Assembly (NCBI GenBank): GCA_018268995.1
Contig: JAFDVL010000015.1
Location: 19,532-66,441, forward strand
DNA from: Acidobacteriota bacterium
GTDB lineage: Bacteria > Acidobacteriota > Blastocatellia > RBC074
Length of the DNA: 46,910 bases
Direction of reading: 5' to 3'
The notes below the pieces were generated by a model. That model ran no database searches and was not told the DNA's origin. It saw only the letters and a program-made list of their open reading frames with translations. Each line of letters begins with the position of its first letter. The first letter of the stretch is position 1. A program made the translations under genes and the position numbers. This document shows positions 28,046-36,372 of the stretch, piece after piece.

Positions 28046-29389
28046 TTATTTGTCCTGCGAAAAATAAGCGGGCAAGTTCTTTTTCGTACTGCGTAAAATT
28101 TCCAACACGGCTCTTCTGTCAGCAAGTGATATGCCAGCAAAGGCTTTTTCCTGCGACTGCCCCGTCAAGACCAGCCACAATTTGCGATAAAGCAAATCCA
28201 GGGCAGGCTTGGGTAACGCATCGAAGGCATCGGAATAAATCAAGTAACTGCACGGATAGCGGAATAACCGTTGCTGTAAATCAAAATCACGCAACGAACG
28301 TCCCTGTTTGTCTTTCAATCCTTGTGCGGCAAATTCAGCCGTAAAATTTGCGGTTCCAGCAATGGGGCCATTGAATTTCAGTTCTTCGGCAAAGAGCAGA
28401 TATTTCAAGGTTTCGTCTACGGCATTGTTGATGCGGCGTTTCGTGCTCTCAGAGACTTCATCTTTCGGGCGTTGCAACGCTTCGTTCATCGCGTCGTTTT
28501 GATGCAGCGCCAGTTTGGTTTCATATCCCAACCGCGTCAGCCAATTGTGCATTTGCGTTTGATGCTCCAACACCATCAACGCCACGATGTCGCTGTGAGG
28601 CGAAAGATAGCCAACCAAATTGACTTTCTTGTCCAGGCTTTTCAGATTTGCGCCCGCGCTTAAATCCAACTTATCCAGATGGTCGCGCTCGTTGAAAAGC
28701 TGATTGCCCAAATGCTGTTCGCTGCCGTGCGTGCCCGTGACAAACCAACCGCCCCAGCGTTCTTTCAGCGGATTTGTATGTCCGATCACGCGCGAACCAA
28801 GTTGCGCAATTGGATAGCCGCGTTCATCAGGAAACACCGAACGCACGATATGCCCCGGTACGTTGCGCGTCGTCCCTGAAGAATGGCATTGCAAACATTC
28901 GTTGTTGCGCACGAAACGCGGCTTGGCAATTTTGTTTTGCTCCAACATATAAAACACACCGCCCAGATTCGGATCAGCCGTGGAAAGCTCAACAAAATCG
29001 CCGCCGCGCACCCAGCCAACATACACATCATCATTGAAGTAAATCGCGCGCGGATTCTTAGGCGAGATGCGAAACAACTGGAAGCTCGTTTTAGAAAATA
29101 CCAGACCTTGCGATGAAACCGGCACATTCAACAGTTTCAGCACAGAACTCAAATAACCATCCACGTCGTTGTATTCCAGCTTTACTTCGCCGCGATCCAG
29201 GCGTTCCTGCAACCGCGCGACCGGATCGTTTTTGCCTGCACTGTCATAACCAATCACAGGACTGTCATAAAGCTGATCCTGACTGCGAGCGGAAGTTTTT
29301 GCGCCTTCCGGGAAGCGTAAAGCCAGGCTGATTGTGCCCATCACAAAAACGCAGATAATCACCAGTTTTTTGATGCCGATGCAATTCAT
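28046..29389 (-). CDS. Unassigned periplasmic/membrane-anchored protein with a single CXXCH heme-c motif, embedded in the nos operon
   Basis: 447 aa with N-terminal hydrophobic anchor LVIICVFVMGTISLAL and a single NECLQCHSSG motif. Its ATG overlaps the nosL TGA (ATGA at 29386-29389), and its TAA lies 2 nt before the nosY ATG. I could assign no family by eye. Confidence 0.55.
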   Translation of the reverse strand: MNCIGIKKLVIICVFVMGTISLALRFPEGAKTSARSQDQLYDSPVIGYDSAGKNDPVARLQERLDRGEVKLEYNDVDGYLSSVLKLLNVPVSSQGLVFSKTSFQLFRISPKNPRAIYFNDDVYVGWVRGGDFVELSTADPNLGGVFYMLEQNKIAKPRFVRNNECLQCHSSGTTRNVPGHIVRSVFPDERGYPIAQLGSRVIGHTNPLKERWGGWFVTGTHGSEQHLGNQLFNERDHLDKLDLSAGANLKSLDKKVNLVGYLSPHSDIVALMVLEHQTQMHNWLTRLGYETKLALHQNDAMNEALQRPKDEVSESTKRRINNAVDETLKYLLFAEELKFNGPIAGTANFTAEFAAQGLKDKQGRSLRDFDLQQRLFRYPCSYLIYSDAFDALPKPALDLLYRKLWLVLTGQSQEKAFAGISLADRRAVLEILRSTKKNLPAYFSQDK

Positions 29390-29817
29390 TGTCTGGTCAA
29401 TTCCTCAAAGTTTAACTTTTTCCCTTTGTACTTGGCTGCCGCTGCGTCGGCCTTGGCCTGATCGTGAAAGGCGATCATCCCTCCGCCCATTGGAGCCGTG
29501 ATCTCTGCGGATTTCACAAAACTTGCCTCGGTGCTTTTGACCCATTGTTTCGTTTCATAATCCACAAAGAAATAGGCGGCGATCTTCGTGTCTGGTTTTT
29601 CTTTCAGATAATCCAGCATGCAACCAATGTCATCGAATTTGAATGCATCACCATCGTGATTGATGAACTCTGCTGCAAATTCTTTTTCCGAAATCGCCAT
29701 TTTACAATGCGAACACATATCCTCCGCAGCCAGCTCAACCGGTTTGATTCCAGCACTGCGACAGCTTAGAAGGACTGTCAAGAATAACGTAAAGAGGAAA
29801 AGTTTAGGATAAATCAT
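29386..29817 (-). CDS. nosL: NosL copper-chaperone lipoprotein
   Basis: 143 aa with a lipoprotein-type signal (LFLTVLLSC) and Cys/Met-rich MCSHCKMAI. Its size and context match NosL. Its ATG overlaps the nosF TGA. Confidence 0.7.
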   Translation of the reverse strand: MIYPKLFLFTLFLTVLLSCRSAGIKPVELAAEDMCSHCKMAISEKEFAAEFINHDGDAFKFDDIGCMLDYLKEKPDTKIAAYFFVDYETKQWVKSTEASFVKSAEITAPMGGGMIAFHDQAKADAAAAKYKGKKLNFEELTRQ

Positions 29818-30728
29818 ATTGTGCTTTCCTGTTTGATGTACTGCAAATAAATATCTTCGAGCGAAGGCTCTTCGGTCGCAAAGCGCACGACTTTGCCGCC
29901 AGCAGTTTCAATCGCAGCCAGAATTTCCATCCGTGCTTCCGGTGCAGAGGTAATCAGCAATGCGCTTTCCTGTGCTGTGATCTGATTCGCGCCAGCATTT
30001 TGCGCGGCGGCAATCAACGATGCACCAGGGTTCAGCAATTCAACGCGCATCTGGCTACCAAGCATCAGGTTTTGGCGCAAGGCAGTGATGGATTCCAGTG
30101 CAACTAATTTGCCGCCGACCAAGATCGCAACACGGTCAGCAAGCTGCTCGACATCGGCCAGCACGTGGGAAGTAAAGACAATTGTTTTTCCTGCTTGTTT
30201 GAGGTTTGCCAGAAACTCACGAAACTGAATTGCGCGTTCCGGGTCAAGGCTGGCAGTCGGTTCATCCAGCAACAGAATCGGCGCATCAGGCAACGAAGCA
30301 ACCGCGAGTCCGAGCCGTTGCAACATGCCGCCGGAAAACTGGCTGACCGGTTTGTCGGTAAAGCCATTAAAGTTGAAGTGAGAGCCTTTCATCACATCAT
30401 CAATGCGGGCGGCAGGCAATTTGCGCAGCTTGCAATAGAACTGCATGACTTCGCGGGCCGTGAGGTTATCGTGAAAGTTCACATATTGCGGCAAATAACT
30501 CATCAGGCTTTTGGCCCGCCGCGCATCTTTCCACACATCTGCACCGTCCACTTTGATTTCACCCGCCGTCGGCGGCATCAATCCGACCAGACATTTCAGC
30601 GCTGTCGTTTTGCCGCTGCCATTCGGGCCAAGCAAGGCAAAGGTTTCGCCTGCCTTGATTTCAAACGACACATCATTCACCGCCGTAAATTCACCGAATT
30701 TTTTCGTTAGATGATTGACCTGAATCAT
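29814..30728 (-). CDS. nosF: ABC transporter ATP-binding protein NosF
   Basis: 304 aa with Walker A LLGPNGSGKTT and ABC signature LSGGMLQRLGLAVA. Its ATG overlaps the nosD TGA. Confidence 0.85.
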   Translation of the reverse strand: MIQVNHLTKKFGEFTAVNDVSFEIKAGETFALLGPNGSGKTTALKCLVGLMPPTAGEIKVDGADVWKDARRAKSLMSYLPQYVNFHDNLTAREVMQFYCKLRKLPAARIDDVMKGSHFNFNGFTDKPVSQFSGGMLQRLGLAVASLPDAPILLLDEPTASLDPERAIQFREFLANLKQAGKTIVFTSHVLADVEQLADRVAILVGGKLVALESITALRQNLMLGSQMRVELLNPGASLIAAAQNAGANQITAQESALLITSAPEARMEILAAIETAGGKVVRFATEEPSLEDIYLQYIKQESTI

Positions 30729-32161
30729 GGCCGTTGTCCTTTCCAGATCACGGTCAAAGCACTGATCAATATCAGAATTGAAATGATCGCCAGTAGGAGT
30801 TGTGGGCTGCGTTGCGGAGCCGCCTCAAACGGATAGGTAAATGAAATCGGCTGTACCAGCGGCGCGGCATCATTCAAAGCAGAGCCTTTGATAATTGGGA
30901 AGGTGCTTTCGGCTGTGGCTAAAGCTTGTGCAGCGGGGCTATTTAAATACAGGCGCAAACGCGGAAAGTTGCCTTCTAAATACTCAAAAACATTCTGCAC
31001 CTTATGCGCAACATCGCCCGTTCCATCGCTATCCAAATCGTAGCCACTATAATCGCTCCAATAATTTTGTTTCCAGCGTGTGTTGGTTTCCCTGCCGACC
31101 AATTGTAGCGGGCTCAGGTTTTCGACAAAGTTGTTACCGGAAAATTCATTGCCGTCGGCACTGCTGTAAATTTGCATGGCCACATCATTCTCGGCGATGA
31201 CGTTATTGCGAAAACGGCTTTTGCGCAGGGCTTCCAGAAACACTCCGCAAGCGTTATCAATGATGAAATTGTCTTCGGCGATGCAATCATCGCAATCCTG
31301 AAACAAGATGCCGAATGAGCTAAAGCCGCGATTATGAATGAACGAATTGCGCCGAAATTCAATACGTTTGGAATACATAATCGCTGCGCCTGCGATGTTG
31401 TCGGAAAACAAATTATCCTCGAATTTGTTGTCGTCAGAATTCATGTAATGCAAGCCGTAGCGCAAGTTCGTCACACGATTGTGGCGCATCACATTGCCAG
31501 AGCTGCTTTGAATATACATGCCATCACGGGCCTCGGTGATGGTATTGCCGATGATAATGTTGTCCGGTGAGTTCCACAGATGCAACCCTGCGCCGCGACT
31601 TCCGACTTCCAGTTCAGCGCGCCCGCGAATGAAGTTGTTTTGAATCGTGTTGCCGCGCGATTTCAGCAAATAGATGCCGTACAAAATGTCGCGCAATTCA
31701 TTGTCTTCGATGCGATTGAAACTGGATTTGAGCAACAGGCCGGAATCCTCCTGCTGCAAATCGTTGCCGCAATGTTCAATGACGAATCCGTTGATTGTGC
31801 AGTTGTCCGCTGTGATAATCACCGCGCTGTCACGCCCCATTCCGCGCACAATCGGCTTGCCAAAGCCTTCGAGCCTGAGCGATTTATCCAGGACTAAATT
31901 CTCGTTGTATGTTCCTGCCTGCACGGCAATTGTATCGCCCGTTTGTGCAGTATTTATGGCGGCTTGGATAGATTGAAACCGGGCATTGGTTGGTGCAACA
32001 GTAAGTGTTTCAGCCTGTGCAGCAACGATTGCGCAAAAATAAAGAGCGAGGGTGATTAGCAGTTTTTCACCACAGAGGCACAGAGGTCGCACAAAGGCGC
32101 ACAGAGAAAAACTCTCTGTGAATCTCTGTGTAAACTTTGTGTCTCTGTGGTAAAGAAACAT
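30725..32161 (-). CDS. nosD: NosD periplasmic right-handed beta-helix copper-processing protein
   Basis: Repeated parallel beta-helix segments (NxxxxN/GIxL pattern) of NosD length. The start is ambiguous. The ATG at 32161 gives an odd 33-residue extension, whereas the GTG at 32092 gives a clean signal peptide MRPLCLCGEKLLITLALYFCAIVAAQA. Confidence 0.8.
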   Translation of the reverse strand: MFLYHRDTKFTQRFTESFSLCAFVRPLCLCGEKLLITLALYFCAIVAAQAETLTVAPTNARFQSIQAAINTAQTGDTIAVQAGTYNENLVLDKSLRLEGFGKPIVRGMGRDSAVIITADNCTINGFVIEHCGNDLQQEDSGLLLKSSFNRIEDNELRDILYGIYLLKSRGNTIQNNFIRGRAELEVGSRGAGLHLWNSPDNIIIGNTITEARDGMYIQSSSGNVMRHNRVTNLRYGLHYMNSDDNKFEDNLFSDNIAGAAIMYSKRIEFRRNSFIHNRGFSSFGILFQDCDDCIAEDNFIIDNACGVFLEALRKSRFRNNVIAENDVAMQIYSSADGNEFSGNNFVENLSPLQLVGRETNTRWKQNYWSDYSGYDLDSDGTGDVAHKVQNVFEYLEGNFPRLRLYLNSPAAQALATAESTFPIIKGSALNDAAPLVQPISFTYPFEAAPQRSPQLLLAIISILILISALTVIWKGQRP

Positions 32162-32163
32162 AC

Positions 32164-32844
32164 CTAAACCTCAGTATTTTTCCGTGACAGAAAGATCGCG
32201 AGTGCCATCAATAATCCAAATCCGATCAGGGCTAATGAGGCAATATCGGGATAGCTATTCACGGTGAAATTTCCAACTTGTTCCGTACCGAGCAAAGGTG
32301 GCGTGAACGGCTGCACTTTAATTGCGGCTTGTGGATCAAGATTGTGTCCGTACGTGTACATCCGATGATAAAAGCTCCAGAACGAATACAACCCGAACCA
32401 CGTGAACAAAACAAAGACATCCACCAGCTTTGACATCTTCCCCATCACCAATGCCCGCAAGGCCAAAATCATCAGGCCACCAATGGCAAACGGCAGCCAG
32501 ATGAATTCGCTGAATTCGCTTTCCAGCAAGGGGCGCATCCCGATGTAATGATTCAAGGAGTTGATTTCACGCAGATCGTCGCGGGAAGGGGTTTTCGCAC
32601 CTTCCAACTGATACGCATAAATCGTCAGGCGCAGTCCATCAGGATATTGGTTGGACGTAAATGTCATACGCCACAGCGGAAAGATAAATGCAGGGATGAG
32701 AACGAGCACAGCTAACAAAATCACAATGCGGCTTTTCAGCGTCAGCGAGTGCTCGAAAAATTCATATTCTTTGAGCAGAAAATTGCTAAGCCAGGATTTC
32801 GCCACGGGCTTTTTAGCAATAACTGATTCTTCTGCGGTTGACAT
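32164..32844 (-). CDS. nosB: NosB-like polytopic membrane protein (conserved TM protein following Sec-type nosZ)
   Basis: About 226 aa from the ATG at 32844 (the track start at 32856 is TTG), with 4-5 TM helices. It sits immediately downstream of nosZ and 2 nt upstream of the nosD ATG. Confidence 0.5.
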   Translation of the reverse strand: MSTAEESVIAKKPVAKSWLSNFLLKEYEFFEHSLTLKSRIVILLAVLVLIPAFIFPLWRMTFTSNQYPDGLRLTIYAYQLEGAKTPSRDDLREINSLNHYIGMRPLLESEFSEFIWLPFAIGGLMILALRALVMGKMSKLVDVFVLFTWFGLYSFWSFYHRMYTYGHNLDPQAAIKVQPFTPPLLGTEQVGNFTVNSYPDIASLALIGFGLLMALAIFLSRKNTEV

Positions 32845-32965
32845 AGCATACCTCAAGCATCACTGTTCATTAGTCATTTGTCCTTTGTTCTCTTGGGAAA
32901 GCCCGCCACTTGAAATTAAGGGCAACAAACAAATGACCAATGACTAATGACCAATGACAAAATGC

Positions 32966-34864
32966 CTACTTCTTCGCCACGGCTCCACCCGATGGTTTCA
33001 CCAGCATGTAGCCCTGCATTTCCTGGTGTAAGGCAGAGCAGAAGTTGGTGCAGTAGTATGGGAAAACACCGGGCTTATCGGCAATAAACGTGACGGTCTT
33101 GGTCTCTCCGGGGTCAACGACAATATTGATGTTGTACTCATTGAGGCCAAAGCCGTGTAATTCGTCGGTTGTTTGCTCGATATTCGTAATATGAATCGTG
33201 ACTTTGTCGCCTTGATTCACTTCCAGCTTGAGTGGCTCAAAGCTACTGCGGACAGCCACCATTTTCACAGTGACATTATTACCACTGCGTTCGATCTTCG
33301 CGTCTTTGATGTCCCAAATTGCGTGTGGATGTTTGTTTTCCTCTTTGGGATGCACTTCAATCGGCTTGATCTTATCGGCCTTGATCATCTGCGAATAATG
33401 CGGCTCCGGCTCGGTGAAAGCGTCATACAACACTTTCATCTTGTCGCCGCCGATATTAATCAGTTGCGTACTTTCCGGTTGCGAAGGGCCAACGCTTAAA
33501 TGCCGCCCGTGCGAAAGCTTGTTCAGAGCAACCAGGTATTTCCCATCAGGATTGACCGTGTCGCCTTCTGCCGAGGCTAAGTGACCAATGTTATAAGCAA
33601 TCGGTACTTTGTCCGCGACTTCCCACGTGCCGAGTTTCCATTTGGCGACGGCGCTTTCGACGAACAGACTGGTATAAGCAAAGCCTTGATTGTCGAATTG
33701 GGTGTGCAGCGGGCCGAGGCCGACGTTAACTTCGGCTTCTTTCACGCTTTCATATTTCAGCACTGGAATGCCGTCTTCTTCACCGGTGAAATCTTTGGCC
33801 GCAATCGCCTTCAGCATCTTCTCAACACTGAACGCCGTCGTGATGGATTGCAGTTTGCCGCTGCCGATGAACCATTTGCCATCGGGGCTGACATCTACGC
33901 CGTGCGGCGATTTGCTGCAAGGCACCAGATAGACAATGCCCGGTGTGGCTTTGGGATCAATCACTTTAACGCCGCCGATTTCTTTGATCTTGCCTTCTTT
34001 GACGGCTTTTTCCGCTTCTTTCCAATTTACCGCAGCAATGTAATCGCGGTCTTTTTGGGTTGAGGTAACTTCCAATTTTCCGGTTGCGCGTTCAGAGTTG
34101 TAGCACGTCCAGAACGCCCAGCCTTCGCTTGGGCCTTTGCCTGCATCACCGAGATCGAAGTTGAAGGGAGGCATCAAAATTTGCCAGCCAACACTCATTT
34201 CACCGGATTGCGGATTAATCGCTACGCCCGAAACGATGCCGTTATATTTCGTAGCATAGTCTTCAATTGGCGCAACGATTCCTTTCGGTAACGGAACCGA
34301 AAAACGCGACGCAGCCAACACATATTCGGTGTTGGGTGTTACGAAAGCGCCGCCATGCAAGCCGGAAATGTTCGGAATCGGGCCAAGGATTTGTTTGACT
34401 TTGAAATCGCGCAGATCAATGCGCGCGACGCGGTTGTTGGAGTTGTCATTAACGAACATCCAACGACCATCATAATCACCCTTGGTTTCACTGGCGGACG
34501 GGTGGTGAACATCGCCCCAGGTGAAGCCTCCCATCATCTTCTTTGACTCCTCATCAAAGCCCCAGCCAGTCGCCGGATATGGAGCAAAAACAGGGATGGT
34601 GGCGATATGTCGCATGGAGGGCACGCCAGCCACATACACATTGCCGGAATGCCCACCAGAATAAAATAGATAATATTCATCAAGTGCGCCGGGGGCGACA
34701 TAAGTGGCTCCTGCCGCTGAGCTATCCGCGCCGGCAAGCGTCGCGTTTTGCAAAGTTCCCTGCCCACAGCTCATCAGGCCGAAGGTTGCGAAAGCAACCA
34801 ACAAAGCACCGCCACCAAACCATTTCATTTTTGTTTTGTCTAAGTTTGAAAACAGGTGTTTCAT
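32966..34864 (-). CDS. nosZ: Nitrous-oxide reductase NosZ, Sec-type (clade II)
   Basis: GDVHHP...DYDGRWMFVNDNSNNRVARIDL (CuZ His ligands region) and C-terminal CuA motif YCTNFCSALHQEMQGYM. The ATG at 34864 has a strong AAGGAGG 8 nt upstream (the track start at 34888 is GTG). The signal peptide MKHLF...MKWFGGGALLVAFATFGLMSCG lacks a twin-arginine motif. Confidence 0.92.
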   Translation of the reverse strand: MKHLFSNLDKTKMKWFGGGALLVAFATFGLMSCGQGTLQNATLAGADSSAAGATYVAPGALDEYYLFYSGGHSGNVYVAGVPSMRHIATIPVFAPYPATGWGFDEESKKMMGGFTWGDVHHPSASETKGDYDGRWMFVNDNSNNRVARIDLRDFKVKQILGPIPNISGLHGGAFVTPNTEYVLAASRFSVPLPKGIVAPIEDYATKYNGIVSGVAINPQSGEMSVGWQILMPPFNFDLGDAGKGPSEGWAFWTCYNSERATGKLEVTSTQKDRDYIAAVNWKEAEKAVKEGKIKEIGGVKVIDPKATPGIVYLVPCSKSPHGVDVSPDGKWFIGSGKLQSITTAFSVEKMLKAIAAKDFTGEEDGIPVLKYESVKEAEVNVGLGPLHTQFDNQGFAYTSLFVESAVAKWKLGTWEVADKVPIAYNIGHLASAEGDTVNPDGKYLVALNKLSHGRHLSVGPSQPESTQLINIGGDKMKVLYDAFTEPEPHYSQMIKADKIKPIEVHPKEENKHPHAIWDIKDAKIERSGNNVTVKMVAVRSSFEPLKLEVNQGDKVTIHITNIEQTTDELHGFGLNEYNINIVVDPGETKTVTFIADKPGVFPYYCTNFCSALHQEMQGYMLVKPSGGAVAKK

Positions 34865-34936
34865 GTTTGTCCTCCTTTCCAAGGACACTTGGGTTATTAG
34901 CCTACTGTTACTTCCAAGGCTTGGATTGTTAATTGA

Positions 34937-35335
34937 TCACTTGTTTGGTCGGTTGTCATATGCATACTTCATGTACTGAATCGCCTTCTGTTTTTCCTCA
35001 TCCGTCAGTTTGATTTTGCTGGTGAGAACCATCTGCATCGTCCCGGTGGGATTCTTCAAAAAATTCTCCAAGGAGGTCCCGAAGCGTTTCTGGACATCGG
35101 TATAGGCTTCGGCTAAGTCAGGCCCGGATTTGTTTTGTGATTCAATACTGAAGGTACTAATGGTATGGCATTCATTGCAGCCCTTTGCCAGGAAGAATGC
35201 CTTTGCTTCTGCGGCTTCACCAGAACCACCACAACCAATCATTGCGGTGCCGGCAGCGATAGTAATTGCCAGTAGGAGGAGCTTGGAAAATCTTGCGACC
35301 TGTTTGGGAGTTAACATCAAAAGTGCGTGATACAT
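34937..35335 (-). CDS. Monoheme c-type cytochrome (lipoprotein-like), clade II nos-associated cy-c
   Basis: 132 aa with a single CNECH motif and a signal/lipobox-like TAMIGCGG. It lies immediately upstream of nosZ. An alternative ATG is at 35317. Confidence 0.7.
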   Translation of the reverse strand: MYHALLMLTPKQVARFSKLLLLAITIAAGTAMIGCGGSGEAAEAKAFFLAKGCNECHTISTFSIESQNKSGPDLAEAYTDVQKRFGTSLENFLKNPTGTMQMVLTSKIKLTDEEKQKAIQYMKYAYDNRPNK

Positions 35336-35365
35336 AATTTCCTTTCCAATTGATTTATGAATGCT

Positions 35366-35385
35366 GGTGAGAAATTTTCCTCACC
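35366..35385. promoter_or_regulatory. Inverted repeat GGTGAG-N8-CTCACC in the promoter/5' region of the cy-c gene and nosZ
   Basis: Perfect 6-bp arms with an 8-bp AAATTTTC spacer, 31-50 bp upstream of the cy-c ATG. Confidence 0.25.
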
Positions 35386-35499
35386 GTAAAAGTTTATGCA
35401 GTGGTTTCAGCAAGGATTGTGCCTTTGCAGAAAAGCGCCTTGCCTGACTTGCCTGCGGGCTTTTCCGCCAAGACACGTCGTCCGCTGCGAAAAAATCCC

Positions 35500-36234
35500 C
35501 TAATTTTCGATCATTTCCCTTTCTGCGTTCACGGCTTTGGGAAAGAGGATGTTGTTTTCCAAATGAATGTGTTGATGTAAATCCGCCTCAAATTCGATCA
35601 AGGCCTGGAAAAGTGATTCATAGCTCATGCAGGCACCATCGGGCACAGCATAATTGGCCGTCACGGCGCGCATTTCCCTCAGCAAATCGCCCGCCGCATC
35701 GTGTTCGATATTCATCATCCGTACTGGATTCTGCACCGTGCCGAAGCACGACATGGGAATCGCTGCATCGGTTGTAAGCGCAGCTTCCATCCTCGTGATG
35801 TAAGGGAAAAGCACTTGCTCTTCTTTCATCAAGTGTGGTTCCAACTCTTCCTTCAAGCCCAGGAACGCCGTCTTTAATTGCAGTAATTCAGGATGCTGCG
35901 CGCCATGCACGGCGCAAACTTTGTTCATAAGTTTTTCCAGGCGCGGCAGCTCTTCTTTCGTAAACGTGTGATGTTTCTCAACGATATGCTGAATCAAGCC
36001 TGTCATTGAGGCCGCTTGCCAGTTCTGTAATTCCTCTGGTGAAAGCAACAAATGTTCGGCTTCAGCCAGGGAATCCGCGACTTCTTCAATTGGGATTTTG
36101 GCGTTGACACAGGCGTCTGCTAACGTCCGATTGCCGCCACAGCAGTAATCAATACCGAGCTTTTCAAAAACTCTGGTGGCTCCGGGCAACGTAACAGCCA
36201 GTTCCCTCACGGTGGTTGCAACATTAATATTCAT
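35500..36234 (-). CDS. ytfE: Iron-sulfur cluster repair di-iron protein (RIC/YtfE/ScdA family)
   Basis: 244 aa. N-terminal LGIDYCCGGNRTL is the ScdA_N motif, followed by hemerythrin-like His/Glu motifs (HHTFTKEE...HIHLENNILFP). Confidence 0.85.
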   Translation of the reverse strand: MNINVATTVRELAVTLPGATRVFEKLGIDYCCGGNRTLADACVNAKIPIEEVADSLAEAEHLLLSPEELQNWQAASMTGLIQHIVEKHHTFTKEELPRLEKLMNKVCAVHGAQHPELLQLKTAFLGLKEELEPHLMKEEQVLFPYITRMEAALTTDAAIPMSCFGTVQNPVRMMNIEHDAAGDLLREMRAVTANYAVPDGACMSYESLFQALIEFEADLHQHIHLENNILFPKAVNAEREMIEN

Positions 36235-36295
36235 GCCGATAACTCCTTTCTAAGTAAGACCTGTTGTGAGTGTAGAGAGAAGAATGGCGGCTGGC

Positions 36296-36312
36296 TGTGA
36301 CTTAAGTCATCA
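36296..36312. promoter_or_regulatory. CRP/FNR-superfamily box (TGTGAC-TTAA-GTCATCA; core TGAC-N4-GTCA palindrome)
   Basis: Perfect 12-bp palindrome TGACTTAAGTCA at 36298-36309. It is centred at 36303.5, the exact midpoint between the ytfE ATG (36234) and the divergent crp/fnr ATG (36373), about 69 bp from each. Confidence 0.5.
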
Positions 36313-36372
36313 AGGCAAAAAATATTTTCACTGCCTTGCAACAGCTCTCAGGCAGCGCGATGATAGACGGCA

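Noticed and set aside
34864-34888. Longer NosZ N-terminus (MSLERRTNM...) containing RR as a possible Tat signal
   Set aside because: The extension starts at GTG, lacks the S/T-R-R-x-F-L-K consensus, and its hydrophobic core is about 20 residues after the RR. The downstream ATG at 34864 has a strong AAGGAGG. A Sec-type (clade II) signal is therefore preferred.
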